Positions 1-10,513 of a stretch of DNA of 64,000 bases are shown here, in pieces. The DNA comes from Thioploca sp. Its GTDB lineage: Bacteria; Pseudomonadota; Gammaproteobacteria; Beggiatoales; Beggiatoaceae. A model generated the notes under the pieces. That model made no database searches and had not been told where the DNA came from. It was given only the letters and a program-made list of their open reading frames with translations. The position numbers were made by a program, and so were the translations under genes. How positions within the stretch are numbered: the stretch's first letter is position 1; each line of letters opens with the position of its first letter. Where the stretch lies: contig JAAUSR010000006.1 in assembly GCA_012032555.1 (NCBI GenBank), forward strand, positions 40,780 through 104,779. Reading direction: 5' to 3'.

Positions 1-316
1 AATTTTGTACCCTGTTTAGAGTGGCAATTCGGTCTGACTGTTCGATATCACGCTTTAGATTAGGCATTTCACTCAGCAGTTGTTGTAGTAATTCTATACT
101 GATGCATATTGTTGGTGGGATGGTAACAGTCGGTTGATGATTAGAAGTAACTGGAATACGTCGTAATAACCATAATCCAAACAAGGCGAAAAAGATAGCA
201 AAAACGTAAATAACCAGTTGATCTGACCAGGTTTGAGAGGATAGCGGTAATTTAGCAGCACTAATGAGCGCAACAATGATACCCACTGTAAATATAGATA
301 ACCCTACCATGTGCAT
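1..316 (-). CDS. hypothetical membrane protein; only the N-terminal ~105 codons are in the window, the gene runs off the window start
   Basis: Open minus-strand frame from ATG at 316 (second ATG at 310) to position 1. It is absent from the ORF track because it is truncated. Translation MHMVGLSIFTVGIIVALISAAKLPLSSQTWSDQLVIYVFAIFFALFGLWLLRR... gives two hydrophobic helices followed by a polar region. It starts 11 nt downstream of the OPT gene stop on the same strand. Confidence 0.4.
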   Translation of the reverse strand, partial: MHMVGLSIFTVGIIVALISAAKLPLSSQTWSDQLVIYVFAIFFALFGLWLLRRIPVTSNHQPTVTIPPTICISIELLQQLLSEMPNLKRDIEQSDRIATLNRVQN

Positions 317-327
317 GATATTGATTA

Positions 328-2100
328 TTAACCTCCATGACTCGAATGCATAATTTCATAGATTGAATAACCCACGCCGACAAGTGCTTCGCCAATAATT
401 AAACCTGCTGCCAATGGAACGAGTTTATTTTCAGAAAAGATATAACCTTTTTTTTGAACGATGAGCATCTGAATAAAGCAACCTAATCCATAACCCAAGG
501 TAATTGGGAAGGGTAGATACATCGCTAATCCCATTAAAATACCTAATCCCATTACTGGTGCAGCACCTAATAAAATACCCACAATCCCACCCAAGATAAA
601 TTTATCTGTCGGTACAGTATTCGTTTGAACAGATTCGACAATACTTTTTAAAACAGTCGCTTGAGGTGCTGGTAGTGCTGAACCGGTACCAAAACCATTT
701 TGTCCCCCAGTACCACTGCTCCACAATAGGTAAATGACCACGAAGGCGATAAATACGCCCAACCAAGAAAAGCTAAATTGAATAATTTGTTGTTTAATCG
801 GATAACTACCCACTAAAAAGCCCGTTTTAAGATCTTGCATCATATCGGCACTTTGGCTAACGGCTACCGCCACTGCAATAGCAACTAATAAAGTTACGGT
901 GACATTGCCATCCATCAGTAACATCATCACCGTTACTGAAATTAAAGAAATACCAGATAAAGGTGAGATATCAGTTAAACCAGTGGTTTGAGCAATGATA
1001 AGTCCGGCTAAAGCCATCCACAAGGTACCTATAATGGCTACTAAAACGGCTTTACTCCAAAAAACACCTGGGATGTTCCAAATGGCTAAAAAGAAAAGTA
1101 TAATTGCTGTACCACCTACAAGAAAAAGTAACCATAATGGAATTTCCTCATTGCTAAATAGCGCATGGTGAGTGGTATAAGTAGCAGAAATCAAGGTATG
1201 AAAGGCACTTTTGATAGCAGTGAAATTAACTAATAATTCCATCAAAGCTGATCCAATGAGAATTCCAATTCCCAAAGGACGTAACATATTATCATAGATA
1301 AAATCAACTAACTGTTCACCAGTCAATTCACTGGGTGTCCAGCCAACCCCGACTGCAAAGGGCGAAATAAGCCACCAAGCTAATAATCCACCCCAAAAAA
1401 AAGGTAGACCAGCTCGTCCAGCTAATAATCCCGATGCAAAATTCATAGGTGAAAGATAAAGAGCGGGGGATAAATACAAGGGTAACCAACCAAAACTTAA
1501 ATTGAGTTGTTCATCTTCTAATAAACCCGCTTTATCAAACCACCCCAAAGTCATCAGTAATTTCCATACCGCACTGATGATGAATCCTATCGCTAATAGT
1601 TTGGCTTTATCTATACCAGTGGTGATATCTGAGCGAATAATCGTCGCTATTGCAATACCGGTGGGAAAACGCAGACGATCCAATTCAATGAGTTGCCGAC
1701 GTAAAGGAATAATCAAGATGACACCCAAAATGGCACCCGCGATACCGGCTAATAATAATGGCCATATTGATAGGGTTAAATAATTGGATTGTTGAGTATG
1801 GAGTAAGAATAATGCGGGTAAAACAAATACAACTCCGGTTCCAGTCGAATTAATACCAGAAGCAATGGTTTGGTTAATATTATTTTCAACAATGGTTCCC
1901 TTGCGTAACCGACATAAAAAAACGTAGCCAATAATAGCTGCAATTGTCCCACCACCAGCAGAAAATCCTAATTTAAGCGCACTATAAGCGAAAGCAACAT
2001 TAAGAATAATACCTTGGATAATACCTAACAATACAGCAGCAACGGTTAATTCACGATATTTAGGGGGGGTAGTTTTTAATCGAGAACAGATCTTAAACAT
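328..2100 (-). CDS. OPT-family oligopeptide transporter (polytopic membrane protein)
   Basis: 590-aa ORF that is hydrophobic throughout. The N-terminal RELTVAAVLLGIIQGIILNVAFAYSALKLGFSAGGGTIAAIIGY and the overall length are typical of the bacterial OPT superfamily. Confidence 0.8.
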   Translation of the reverse strand: MFKICSRLKTTPPKYRELTVAAVLLGIIQGIILNVAFAYSALKLGFSAGGGTIAAIIGYVFLCRLRKGTIVENNINQTIASGINSTGTGVVFVLPALFLLHTQQSNYLTLSIWPLLLAGIAGAILGVILIIPLRRQLIELDRLRFPTGIAIATIIRSDITTGIDKAKLLAIGFIISAVWKLLMTLGWFDKAGLLEDEQLNLSFGWLPLYLSPALYLSPMNFASGLLAGRAGLPFFWGGLLAWWLISPFAVGVGWTPSELTGEQLVDFIYDNMLRPLGIGILIGSALMELLVNFTAIKSAFHTLISATYTTHHALFSNEEIPLWLLFLVGGTAIILFFLAIWNIPGVFWSKAVLVAIIGTLWMALAGLIIAQTTGLTDISPLSGISLISVTVMMLLMDGNVTVTLLVAIAVAVAVSQSADMMQDLKTGFLVGSYPIKQQIIQFSFSWLGVFIAFVVIYLLWSSGTGGQNGFGTGSALPAPQATVLKSIVESVQTNTVPTDKFILGGIVGILLGAAPVMGLGILMGLAMYLPFPITLGYGLGCFIQMLIVQKKGYIFSENKLVPLAAGLIIGEALVGVGYSIYEIMHSSHGG

Positions 2101-2702
2101 AGTGGATTTTTATCCAAATTAAGTCAAACAGTCAATTAGTTATTTTAAATTCCGAACCGTTGTTTTTATTACCATAATAATGATTAAAAACTATGCTTAA
2201 TACTCATTTATTGAAAGTGAAGGCATAACGAATTTAGTCATTTTCTATTTAATAGATACCTTATTTTAAGTAACAGAGTATAATATAAATGTATTATATA
2301 AAACTTTTTCAAATCAAAAAAACCCCGATTGCACTTAAAAGTATTTCGCAATAAGTCATTATTAGATTTTATCTACTAACTAATACAATTAACGACATTA
2401 ATTAATAATGTTTAATTCTGGTAAGGATAACAAAATAGATTAGCGGTTTAATTTAAGTTCAGAATGATTTTGATAATAACTTATTTAAAACTAAAACCAG
2501 TTTATCGTATTTTCAGCGAGTGATAAAACTAACTAATAATTACTCATAACTGTGAATTATTTAAAACGACGATAACAATTATTAATTGCCAATTAACACT
2601 TAAACAGCAATGGAGTTGTTTACTTAAAGAAATCAGGGTTGAATTCAAATCAATCCAAGTGATTGTTGATGAGGTACGGTTTTATTCAGTAGGAGTTTTA
2701 TC

Positions 2703-5700
2703 ATGCTAAAAAAAATCTTTCTTTTTTATTTATTTAATGTACTGATTTTATTTTCTTGCACTTTATTGGCTACCACCCCTAAAGTGCCTTTAGTTTTTGA
2801 CTTAACTTGGGGAATGAAGGGTACTGAGCCAAGCCAATTTCAGGAACCAGCTAGCTTAGCGATAGATAGCCTTGGCCACATTTACGTGACAGATAGTTTG
2901 AATCACCGGGTGCAAAAATTTGATTCTAACGGGGAATTTATTACCCAATGGGGAACATTCGGCTCGAATCAAGGGCAATTTAATCAACCAACCGGTATTG
3001 CAATTGGTAGCAATAATTATGTTTATGTTGTGGATAGTCAAAACCATCGTTTCCAATTATTTGATAGTGATGGCCAATTTATTCAGATGTGGGGTACGCC
3101 AGGAACGGGAGATATTCAATTTAACCAACCTAGCAGCGTAGCTATTGATAAAACCGGTAGCATTTATATCACAGATAGTCAAAACCATCGTGTCCAAAAA
3201 ATTGATAGTGAGGGTAATTTGCTGCTACAATGGGGTAACCAAGGCAGTGAAACGGGACAATTTCAAGAACCGAAAGGGATAGCTATTGATAATAATCAAG
3301 AATACGTTTATGTGGTCGATTTTGGTAACCATCGGCTGCAAAAATTTAATTTTCAAGGAAATTTCCTCAAAATGTGGGGGGAACCGGGTTTAGCAGCTGG
3401 CCAATTCCAGTATCCACAAAGCATAGTGGTTGATAACTTCGGTTACGTTTATGTTATGGATACGGACAATCACCGTATTCAAAAGTTTGATAGTGACGGT
3501 CAATTTCTTACCCAATGGGGTGCGGTGGGAGTAGGAGAAGGTCAATGGAATTTGGCGCGTGGTATTGCTATAAACACAGCGGGGATTGTCTATGTTGCTG
3601 ATACTGAAAATCATCGTATCCAAAAGTGGATGCCGTTGCCGCCAGTATTTCAATCTCAGTGGGGTACTGCGGGTACCGGGGAAAGTCAATTTAAGAATCC
3701 ATATGGTATAGCCATTGATGAGAAGCAAGATGTTTATATTACTGATTATAATAATAATCGTCTCCAGAAATTTGCTCAATTAGGTTCATTTCTAAATCAA
3801 TATGGGAGTGTGGGTACTGGAAGCGATAAATTTCATAATCCGGCGGGGATAGCCATTGATAAAGCTGGCTTTCTTTATGTGGCTGATAGAGGCAATCACC
3901 GTATTCAAAAATTAAATAGCGAAGGCGATTTTATCAACACTTGGGGGGAATTTGGTCAAGATCCCGGTGAATTGAATGAACCCCGTGGTGTTGCTATTGA
4001 CAGTGGTGGCAATATTTATGTGGTTGATTGGAATAATCACCGTGTGCAGAAATTTAATAATCAGGGTAATTTTATTAAAACCTGGGGTGAATTTGGCTCA
4101 CAATCCGGCCAATTTAATCTTCCTCGAAGTATAGCTATTGATGAAAACGATAATATCTATGTCGTCGACACCAATAATAAACGCATCCAAAAATTTAACT
4201 CAGCCGGGGAGTTTCTATTACAATGGGGTAAAGCTGCGGCACCGTCATTAAGTCCTAAAGATGGTGAATTCCATCAACCTTATGGTATCAGTATTGACAA
4301 TCAGAGCCATGTTTATGTTACCGATGCTCAAGATAATCGTATTCAGCAATTTGATTCAGAAGGGAATTTTCTAACTAAATGGGGTAGCTTGGGTGAACAA
4401 GCCGGACAATTTAGTGAACCGGCTGATATTGCTGTTGATAGTGGCGGTAATGTTTATATAACTGACTATAAAAATAATCGTATTCAAGTATTTGGTATTC
4501 ATTCTAATCAAGCCCCGGTTAACCATCTACCTAGTCAGGTACTCAGCCTAGATGAAGACCAAACGCTGGTGTTTGCCACGACACATAATAATCTCATTTC
4601 GATCAGCGATGAAGATGCCGGCAATCAGACTACTAAAGTGACTTTGACAGCTACTGAAGGTACTCTCACTTTAAATGGTACCGCCGGTTTGCATTTCAGT
4701 GAAGGCGATGGTATGGCGGATGTCAGTATGACATTTACGGGTAATTTATTGAGTGTTAACTCGGTCCTAAATGGAATGCAATTAACACCCTTACCGAATT
4801 ATTATGGTGAGGTGAGCATTCAAATTGTGACGGATGATCAAGGGTATACGGGTGCGGGTGGGATTAAAAGCACCACGGATACGCTCAAGATTAAGATTAA
4901 GCCCGTTGCGGATACACCTCAAGTTACTCAAGCCAGTACCGATGAAGGTGTACAAACGACAACCGGTTTGACTATTTCTCGTCATCCTGATGATGGCCAA
5001 GAAGTGGTTTATTTTAAAATAACCGCTATCAAAAATGGTTTATTATTTCAGCATGATGGTACTACTCCTATTCAAGCCGGTGAATTTATTAGCGTCGAAC
5101 AGGGTGAAGCGGGTCTTAAATTCACCCCGACTGCAACTGATAATGGTCAATTTCAAGTACAAGCAGCGCTTACTAATGATGATACTGGACTTGGTGACGA
5201 ACCGGCAACTGTCATTATTAATGTAGGTAGCATTAATGATGCACCGGTACTAAAATCAATTGGTAATCAAACGGTTAAGTTAGGTGACCTCTTAACCTTT
5301 ACGGCCAGTGCAACTGATCCAGATATCCCACCCAATCAACTTAAATTTAGTTTGTTCGAGGCACCGCCAGACGCATTTATTGATTCGGCCACGGGTCAGT
5401 TCACTTGGAAACCTTCTCAAGCGGGTCCGTTTACTTTTACCGTGGTGGTAACGGATGATGGTGTGAATCCTGACAAACTGAGTGACAGTGAAGAAATCAC
5501 TGTTATTGTTGGTAATAGCCCACCAGTGCTTAATTCTATTGCTACTCAAACCACTGCTTTAGGTCAGTCGATGACTTTCATGGCGAGTGCGACTGATGCG
5601 GAGGATAAAATGCTTTTCTTTAGTCTACAAGATGAGCCACCGGGTGCGACGATTAATCCCACAACGGGACAATTTACCTGGTTACCCACTCAGCCAGGTA

Positions 5701-8700
5701 TTTTCACCACTACCGTGATAGTAACGGATACGGGAGGACTCACTGCTCGTCAAACGGTTACCCTGGTGGTTGGTAATACGCCACCTCAACTGGCTCCCAT
5801 TGCCAAGCAATTAGTACATTTAGGTACAACGGTAACCTTGCAAGCGACCGCGACTGATGCCGAAAATAATGAATTAAGATTTAGCTTAGAACAAGCGCCA
5901 GTCGGTGCTGTCATTGATCCGTTAACGGGTCTATTGACTTGGACACCCACTCAAAATGGCATTTTCAATTTTAGGCTCGTCGTAACCGACAGTAGCGGTT
6001 CACGTGACCAACAAGCTGTTACCATCACCGTTACGGAACAACCGATTTTAGCTCCCATTGGTAACCAAACTATCTTTGTTAATCAGTTATTGACTTTTAC
6101 GGCTCAAGCCACTCACCCCGGTAGTACGCCACTCACTTTTAGTCTTGACAATGCCCCCGTTGGTGCGGTTATCGATTCGGAAACAGGGGTGTTCATGTGG
6201 ATACCCAAGCAACAAGGGATATTTAATACCACTGTGATAGTAACGGATGTTAATCAAAATAGTGTGAGTGAAAATTTCACCATCACGGTGACAACAGCAC
6301 TGACTCAGCTTAGCTTGAAACTAGATAGTAACCAGCTTTTTAAAGGCGATACGTTAACTGTCACCGGGGTGTTATATCGGTTTCCCAGTAATAATCTCGG
6401 TTTAAATAATAATTCCATTCAACTCAGTATCACTTCCCCGGACAATCAGGTTGTTACTTTAGAAACGCTAACTCAAAGCCGTGGTCAATACCTTTTTGAT
6501 AATTTACCCCCATTGACTCAACCAGGACAATATGTGCTGCAAACTCAATTTCAGGGCACGGATAATTTGAATTCATCACAGTCAATAGTAAAAACGGTAC
6601 GAGTAAGTGATTTGGCCGGTTATGCCATGCTGATTCAAGGTAAATCTGAAGACGGTAGCGGACTGGAGGCTCACAATAAAACTTTAAATCGTATTTATCG
6701 AATCTTGAAATGGCGTGAGTTCACTGATGAGAATATTGAATATTTTAATCATAATCCCAACCAGGCGGCGTTAAATATTGTAATCGATAACATTCCCACG
6801 CTAAGTCGCTTTCAAACGGGATTGAACGATTTACAAACGCAGATGAACACTAAACCAGCGCCATTTTATCTCATCTTGGTTGATCATAGTAGCAGTGAGG
6901 GTGTGTTTTACTTAAATGATAATCCCCATGAAATCATCACTGCCACGGATTTAGATAACGGATTAACTCAATTAGAACAAGGTCTCAATCCTCAAGCGCT
7001 AGAGCAACCCCGAATTATTATGATAGGTTCTTGTTATTCCGGCAGTTTTCTATCAACCCTCGCTAAAAAGGGACGAGTCATTATAACCAGTACGGCAGCT
7101 AATGAAGAATCTCACCAAGGACCGAAAGAACCGGATGAGATTCGCAGTGGTGAATTTTTTATAGAAGCCTTATTTGCTCAATTAGGACGAGGTCTTTCGT
7201 TGAAAGCCGCCTTTGAATTAGCCACTCAAAGTACTGAAACTTTTACCTTAATCGCTCCAGATGCGCCTTTTAATCGCTTCTATCAAGATCGGGCCATTCA
7301 ACATCCTTTGTTAGAAGATAATGCCGATAGACAGGGAAGTAACGTTCTATTTATGGGACAAGACGGAGAAGTAGCGAAAAATATTTACTTAGGTACGGGT
7401 CGGCAATATGATGCCACCGCACCAGACAATCCGGCTGATATTATCAGCGTTACACCTCCCATTTACTTAGAACCATCAGTAACAACTGCGCAATTAGTGG
7501 TAACGGTTAATAATCCAAATCGTGTCCAAAATCAACAAGTGGCAGTAGACATTCGTTCACCGTCACTGTTCCGCCATCGTACCGGTATTGAGAACAAGGA
7601 ACAATTAGAACTGAATGAATTAACACGCCTTTACCTATCAGCGCGGGAAACGGATCATTTTATGGGTAGTTTCAATGCTTTTAACGAACCCGGTCAATAT
7701 GAAATATATTACTGGGTGACGGATACTGAAACCGGGCAACTTTCGCCGCTGAAACGCTCGCTCGTTTATAAACGTAAAGCCGGCAATTATCCGCCACGTT
7801 TATTTAGCTTACTTAGCCCCAAAACAGACAGCCAAACCAGCACGACGGTGATATTTGATTGGAATGATACCACTGATCCTGAAGGGGAGCGAATAACTTA
7901 TACTTTTTTACTCGCAACCGATCCCGATTTTAACCAAATTGTTTATCGCCAAGATGAGTTGCTGCATTCGCTGACTTACATTAGCAACTATACGCCAATC
8001 CATGATGATTTAAATATAAGTCCAACCGGATTACGAGATGATACCCAATATTACTGGCAAGTGATAGCGGTTGATCCCTTTGGTGAAAAAACCAGCAGCC
8101 CGGTTTCTTCATTTCAAACGAATAATACCAATGCCCCACCGAGCATCCTCAGTTTGCAATTATTCAATGCCGTTCAATTTTTCTCTCTAGAAACAGCGGA
8201 TCTTTCCTTTTGGCAAATGGATGAATGGGGCAATCTTATTATGGATGAAAGGGGTAATCCCATTCCGGTTACCCAACCACCAACCATCTACCAAGAGCAA
8301 AATGATTACCTCATGTTGTTGCCTCAAGGACGGCGGCGTCTTAAAATCAATTCTCCTGATTTGGAAACCCAAGCGATAAACTTAGACACGACCACCGACC
8401 AACTACAATTGGTTTTACCCAATGCACCCGAGATTAAATTCGACCCAGTAGCAGAATCTAATTCATTGAAATTGAAGATGAAGCCGGTCGCTACACCAGA
8501 AAAAAATCCCGGCCAGTTACAGTTGGCGGTCACAGCTACTGAAATTCAAGAAAATCAAATAAATGTTAATTTATTAGTCGAACGCGTTATCGGACAGGAT
8601 GGGGAAGTTGCAGTCGCTTTTACCACCATAAATGGTACTGCGCTAGCTGGTAACGATTATCAAAGTGCTAGTGGTACTTTAAACTGGGCTGATCAAGATA

Positions 8701-10502
8701 ATCGTTCGCAACGAATTAACTTAATGATTTATAATGATTCTGAATTTGAAAGAGATGAAACTTTCTCAATCAGTTTGTCTAACCCCACCGGTGAGGCAAC
8801 GCTAGGGATTAACCGATTAATGGTTACGATTAAGGATGATGATATACCGGCTAGCAGAAGTTCTGATGCGGGGATCTTACAATTTTCCAGTGCGACTGCC
8901 ACACATTCAGAGAGAGATGGTTCGGTTAACTCGATTATGATCAATCGCAGTGGTGGTAATAAAGGAACGGTTTCTGTACAGTATCTTGCTACCGATGAGG
9001 GCAATGCAACCCGAGGGCAAGATTATTTTATTGAAAATAATACGTTGACTTGGAATGCGGGAGATACGCAAAGTAAACCGTTGGCCATTAAGATAGTCAA
9101 TGATGATAAAAGTGAACCATTAGAAACGATTTACCTCAGTTTAAGCAATCCGACTGGGGGAGCAACCTTAGGAGCACTTTCTCAATGTATCTTAACGATC
9201 CAGGACGACGACATTGAAGATAATGCTATCTCCTCAGATTCAACCACACCATCCGAATCAGTAGGGCTTAATACACCTACTCAACTCAATCTTCCGATTG
9301 CAAATCTGGAAATAACTACGGCACCAACTAACTCAACTCCCGCTTCAGAAACGACGGTTGAACCGACTAACTCAACCTCAACTCTAGATTCAGAAACGGC
9401 GGCTGAATTAACTGACTCGATTCCCAATCTAGAAACAACGACTGAACCAACTAACTCAACCCCCGATCCAGAAACGACAGTTGAACCGACATCACCTGAT
9501 CAGAACGTTGCTAATGCAACTAGTTCATTACAATTTACTCAATATTTTTATGAAGCGAGTGAAGGCGATGATAAATTAACCAACCTCTTAGTGAGCCGCA
9601 GCGGCGATAGTACGGGAGAAGCCTCAGTAAAATACACGATTTCACCGGATAGCGAAGCTAAAGAAACCGAAGATTTCATCGTGGGTAGTGGAACATTACA
9701 CTGGTCAGATGGGGAGACTACCGCTAAAGCGCTGGATTTACAACTATTAGAAGATAATCAAATCGAACCGGATGAAAAGATCTTTATCTCCCTTTCTGAG
9801 CCGAAGGGTGCTCAACTCGGACAACCGAATACGATAACGATTATTGTCCTTGATAATGATGCAGAAAGCGCATTACAATTTTCTAAATCCATTTATACGG
9901 TTACTGAAGGACAAGGTGATTTAACTGAGATTATTCAAGTGATTCGCAAAGGTAATTTTACCGATTCGGTTTCTGTAGAATATACGATTCGTAATGATAA
10001 GAGTACCGCTTGGTTGAAGCAAGATTATCTCGCTATGACCGGGCAATTAGAATGGGACCAACAAGATGATACCCCCAAAGGCGTACCGATTTATTTAATA
10101 GATGATAATCAAGTTGAGGATACTGAGACGATTGTTCTACAGTTGGGTAACCCCATTGGCGCACAACTTGGGTCGCAAAATCAAGCTCAAATTATTATAG
10201 AAGATAATGATAAACAAATCCCGTTTGAAGCTTTACAACCTGGCATTTTGCAATTTACCTCACCAATTTATTCAGTGGTAGAAGGCAGTCAAGCGATTGC
10301 AATTTGTGTGGAACGTATTTTAGGTTACCAAGGTGAAGTCACTGCAAAATACCAAGTGACTAATCGCAGCACTGCTATAGAAAATATTGATTACATTCTG
10401 TTCCAGAAAGAATTTTTACACTGGTTACCCGAAGAAAAGATGACGACAAAATGTCTCAATTTTAATTCTAACGCAGATGATTTAGATGAATCCTTGAATT
10501 AA
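2703..10502 (+). CDS. giant secreted multidomain surface protein (NHL repeats, cadherin/Ig-like repeats, clan-CD C13/caspase-like domain, FN3-like, five Calx-beta); main part of a gene that continues in 10514..11077
   Basis: Signal-peptide-like N-terminus MLKKIFLFYLFNVLILFSCTLLA. About 13 NHL repeats (for example LNHRVQKFDSNGEF, QNHRFQLFDSDGQF). Four ~90-aa Ig-like repeats (PVLxSIGNQT...TATDPD...TGQFTWxPTQxGxF). A block containing LILVDHSSSEG ... IIMIGSCYSGSF, which looks like a His/Cys dyad. Five Calx-beta modules (LQFS...GxxGxVSVxY...GTLxWxxGD...DDxxxExxExFxxxLSNPTGGAxLG). Confidence 0.85.
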   Translation: MLKKIFLFYLFNVLILFSCTLLATTPKVPLVFDLTWGMKGTEPSQFQEPASLAIDSLGHIYVTDSLNHRVQKFDSNGEFITQWGTFGSNQGQFNQPTGIAIGSNNYVYVVDSQNHRFQLFDSDGQFIQMWGTPGTGDIQFNQPSSVAIDKTGSIYITDSQNHRVQKIDSEGNLLLQWGNQGSETGQFQEPKGIAIDNNQEYVYVVDFGNHRLQKFNFQGNFLKMWGEPGLAAGQFQYPQSIVVDNFGYVYVMDTDNHRIQKFDSDGQFLTQWGAVGVGEGQWNLARGIAINTAGIVYVADTENHRIQKWMPLPPVFQSQWGTAGTGESQFKNPYGIAIDEKQDVYITDYNNNRLQKFAQLGSFLNQYGSVGTGSDKFHNPAGIAIDKAGFLYVADRGNHRIQKLNSEGDFINTWGEFGQDPGELNEPRGVAIDSGGNIYVVDWNNHRVQKFNNQGNFIKTWGEFGSQSGQFNLPRSIAIDENDNIYVVDTNNKRIQKFNSAGEFLLQWGKAAAPSLSPKDGEFHQPYGISIDNQSHVYVTDAQDNRIQQFDSEGNFLTKWGSLGEQAGQFSEPADIAVDSGGNVYITDYKNNRIQVFGIHSNQAPVNHLPSQVLSLDEDQTLVFATTHNNLISISDEDAGNQTTKVTLTATEGTLTLNGTAGLHFSEGDGMADVSMTFTGNLLSVNSVLNGMQLTPLPNYYGEVSIQIVTDDQGYTGAGGIKSTTDTLKIKIKPVADTPQVTQASTDEGVQTTTGLTISRHPDDGQEVVYFKITAIKNGLLFQHDGTTPIQAGEFISVEQGEAGLKFTPTATDNGQFQVQAALTNDDTGLGDEPATVIINVGSINDAPVLKSIGNQTVKLGDLLTFTASATDPDIPPNQLKFSLFEAPPDAFIDSATGQFTWKPSQAGPFTFTVVVTDDGVNPDKLSDSEEITVIVGNSPPVLNSIATQTTALGQSMTFMASATDAEDKMLFFSLQDEPPGATINPTTGQFTWLPTQPGIFTTTVIVTDTGGLTARQTVTLVVGNTPPQLAPIAKQLVHLGTTVTLQATATDAENNELRFSLEQAPVGAVIDPLTGLLTWTPTQNGIFNFRLVVTDSSGSRDQQAVTITVTEQPILAPIGNQTIFVNQLLTFTAQATHPGSTPLTFSLDNAPVGAVIDSETGVFMWIPKQQGIFNTTVIVTDVNQNSVSENFTITVTTALTQLSLKLDSNQLFKGDTLTVTGVLYRFPSNNLGLNNNSIQLSITSPDNQVVTLETLTQSRGQYLFDNLPPLTQPGQYVLQTQFQGTDNLNSSQSIVKTVRVSDLAGYAMLIQGKSEDGSGLEAHNKTLNRIYRILKWREFTDENIEYFNHNPNQAALNIVIDNIPTLSRFQTGLNDLQTQMNTKPAPFYLILVDHSSSEGVFYLNDNPHEIITATDLDNGLTQLEQGLNPQALEQPRIIMIGSCYSGSFLSTLAKKGRVIITSTAANEESHQGPKEPDEIRSGEFFIEALFAQLGRGLSLKAAFELATQSTETFTLIAPDAPFNRFYQDRAIQHPLLEDNADRQGSNVLFMGQDGEVAKNIYLGTGRQYDATAPDNPADIISVTPPIYLEPSVTTAQLVVTVNNPNRVQNQQVAVDIRSPSLFRHRTGIENKEQLELNELTRLYLSARETDHFMGSFNAFNEPGQYEIYYWVTDTETGQLSPLKRSLVYKRKAGNYPPRLFSLLSPKTDSQTSTTVIFDWNDTTDPEGERITYTFLLATDPDFNQIVYRQDELLHSLTYISNYTPIHDDLNISPTGLRDDTQYYWQVIAVDPFGEKTSSPVSSFQTNNTNAPPSILSLQLFNAVQFFSLETADLSFWQMDEWGNLIMDERGNPIPVTQPPTIYQEQNDYLMLLPQGRRRLKINSPDLETQAINLDTTTDQLQLVLPNAPEIKFDPVAESNSLKLKMKPVATPEKNPGQLQLAVTATEIQENQINVNLLVERVIGQDGEVAVAFTTINGTALAGNDYQSASGTLNWADQDNRSQRINLMIYNDSEFERDETFSISLSNPTGEATLGINRLMVTIKDDDIPASRSSDAGILQFSSATATHSERDGSVNSIMINRSGGNKGTVSVQYLATDEGNATRGQDYFIENNTLTWNAGDTQSKPLAIKIVNDDKSEPLETIYLSLSNPTGGATLGALSQCILTIQDDDIEDNAISSDSTTPSESVGLNTPTQLNLPIANLEITTAPTNSTPASETTVEPTNSTSTLDSETAAELTDSIPNLETTTEPTNSTPDPETTVEPTSPDQNVANATSSLQFTQYFYEASEGDDKLTNLLVSRSGDSTGEASVKYTISPDSEAKETEDFIVGSGTLHWSDGETTAKALDLQLLEDNQIEPDEKIFISLSEPKGAQLGQPNTITIIVLDNDAESALQFSKSIYTVTEGQGDLTEIIQVIRKGNFTDSVSVEYTIRNDKSTAWLKQDYLAMTGQLEWDQQDDTPKGVPIYLIDDNQVEDTETIVLQLGNPIGAQLGSQNQAQIIIEDNDKQIPFEALQPGILQFTSPIYSVVEGSQAIAICVERILGYQGEVTAKYQVTNRSTAIENIDYILFQKEFLHWLPEEKMTTKCLNFNSNADDLDESLN
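2820..4500 (+). repeat. NHL-repeat array (about 13 units of ~43-47 aa) inside the giant gene
   Basis: Recurrent motif Q F x x P x G I A I D x x G x I Y V x D x x N H R I Q K F x x x G x F, read directly from the translation. Confidence 0.8.
5241..6290 (+). repeat. four tandem Ig-like (putative-Ig / dystroglycan-cadherin-like) repeats inside the giant gene
   Basis: Units start at about 5241, 5520, 5780 and 6040. Each has the pattern P(V/I)L x x I x x Q T ... T A T D ... F S L ... P x G A x I D x x T G x F T W x P T Q x G I F. Confidence 0.7.
9290..9500 (+). repeat. degenerate tandem T/E/P/S-rich linker repeats (TEPTNSTPxxETTVEP) inside the giant gene
   Basis: The DNA unit actaactcaac...cagaaacgac.gttgaaccg recurs three times between the second and third Calx-beta modules. 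Confidence 0.6.
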
Positions 10503-10513
10503 TACACCTACAA

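Noticed and set aside
1502-1783. Antisense or overlapping short ORFs inside long confident genes. Examples from the track: 1502..1783, 2856..3056, 3390..3779, 4791..5000, 8187..8533, 11491..12534, 13642..14020, 28606..28971, 29151..29459, 46245..46868, 47835..48164, 52773..53096, 59942..60166, 61164..61741.
   Set aside because: Each lies wholly inside a long ORF with clear family motifs on the other strand or in another frame. The translations are low-complexity or Arg/Ile/Lys-rich, as expected from AT-rich antisense reading, and I saw no RBS or homology signal.
2101-2702. Promoter and -10/-35 calls in the 600-bp AT-rich region upstream of the giant gene.
   Set aside because: TATAAT-like hexamers are so frequent in this AT-rich DNA that no specific promoter can be supported from sequence alone.
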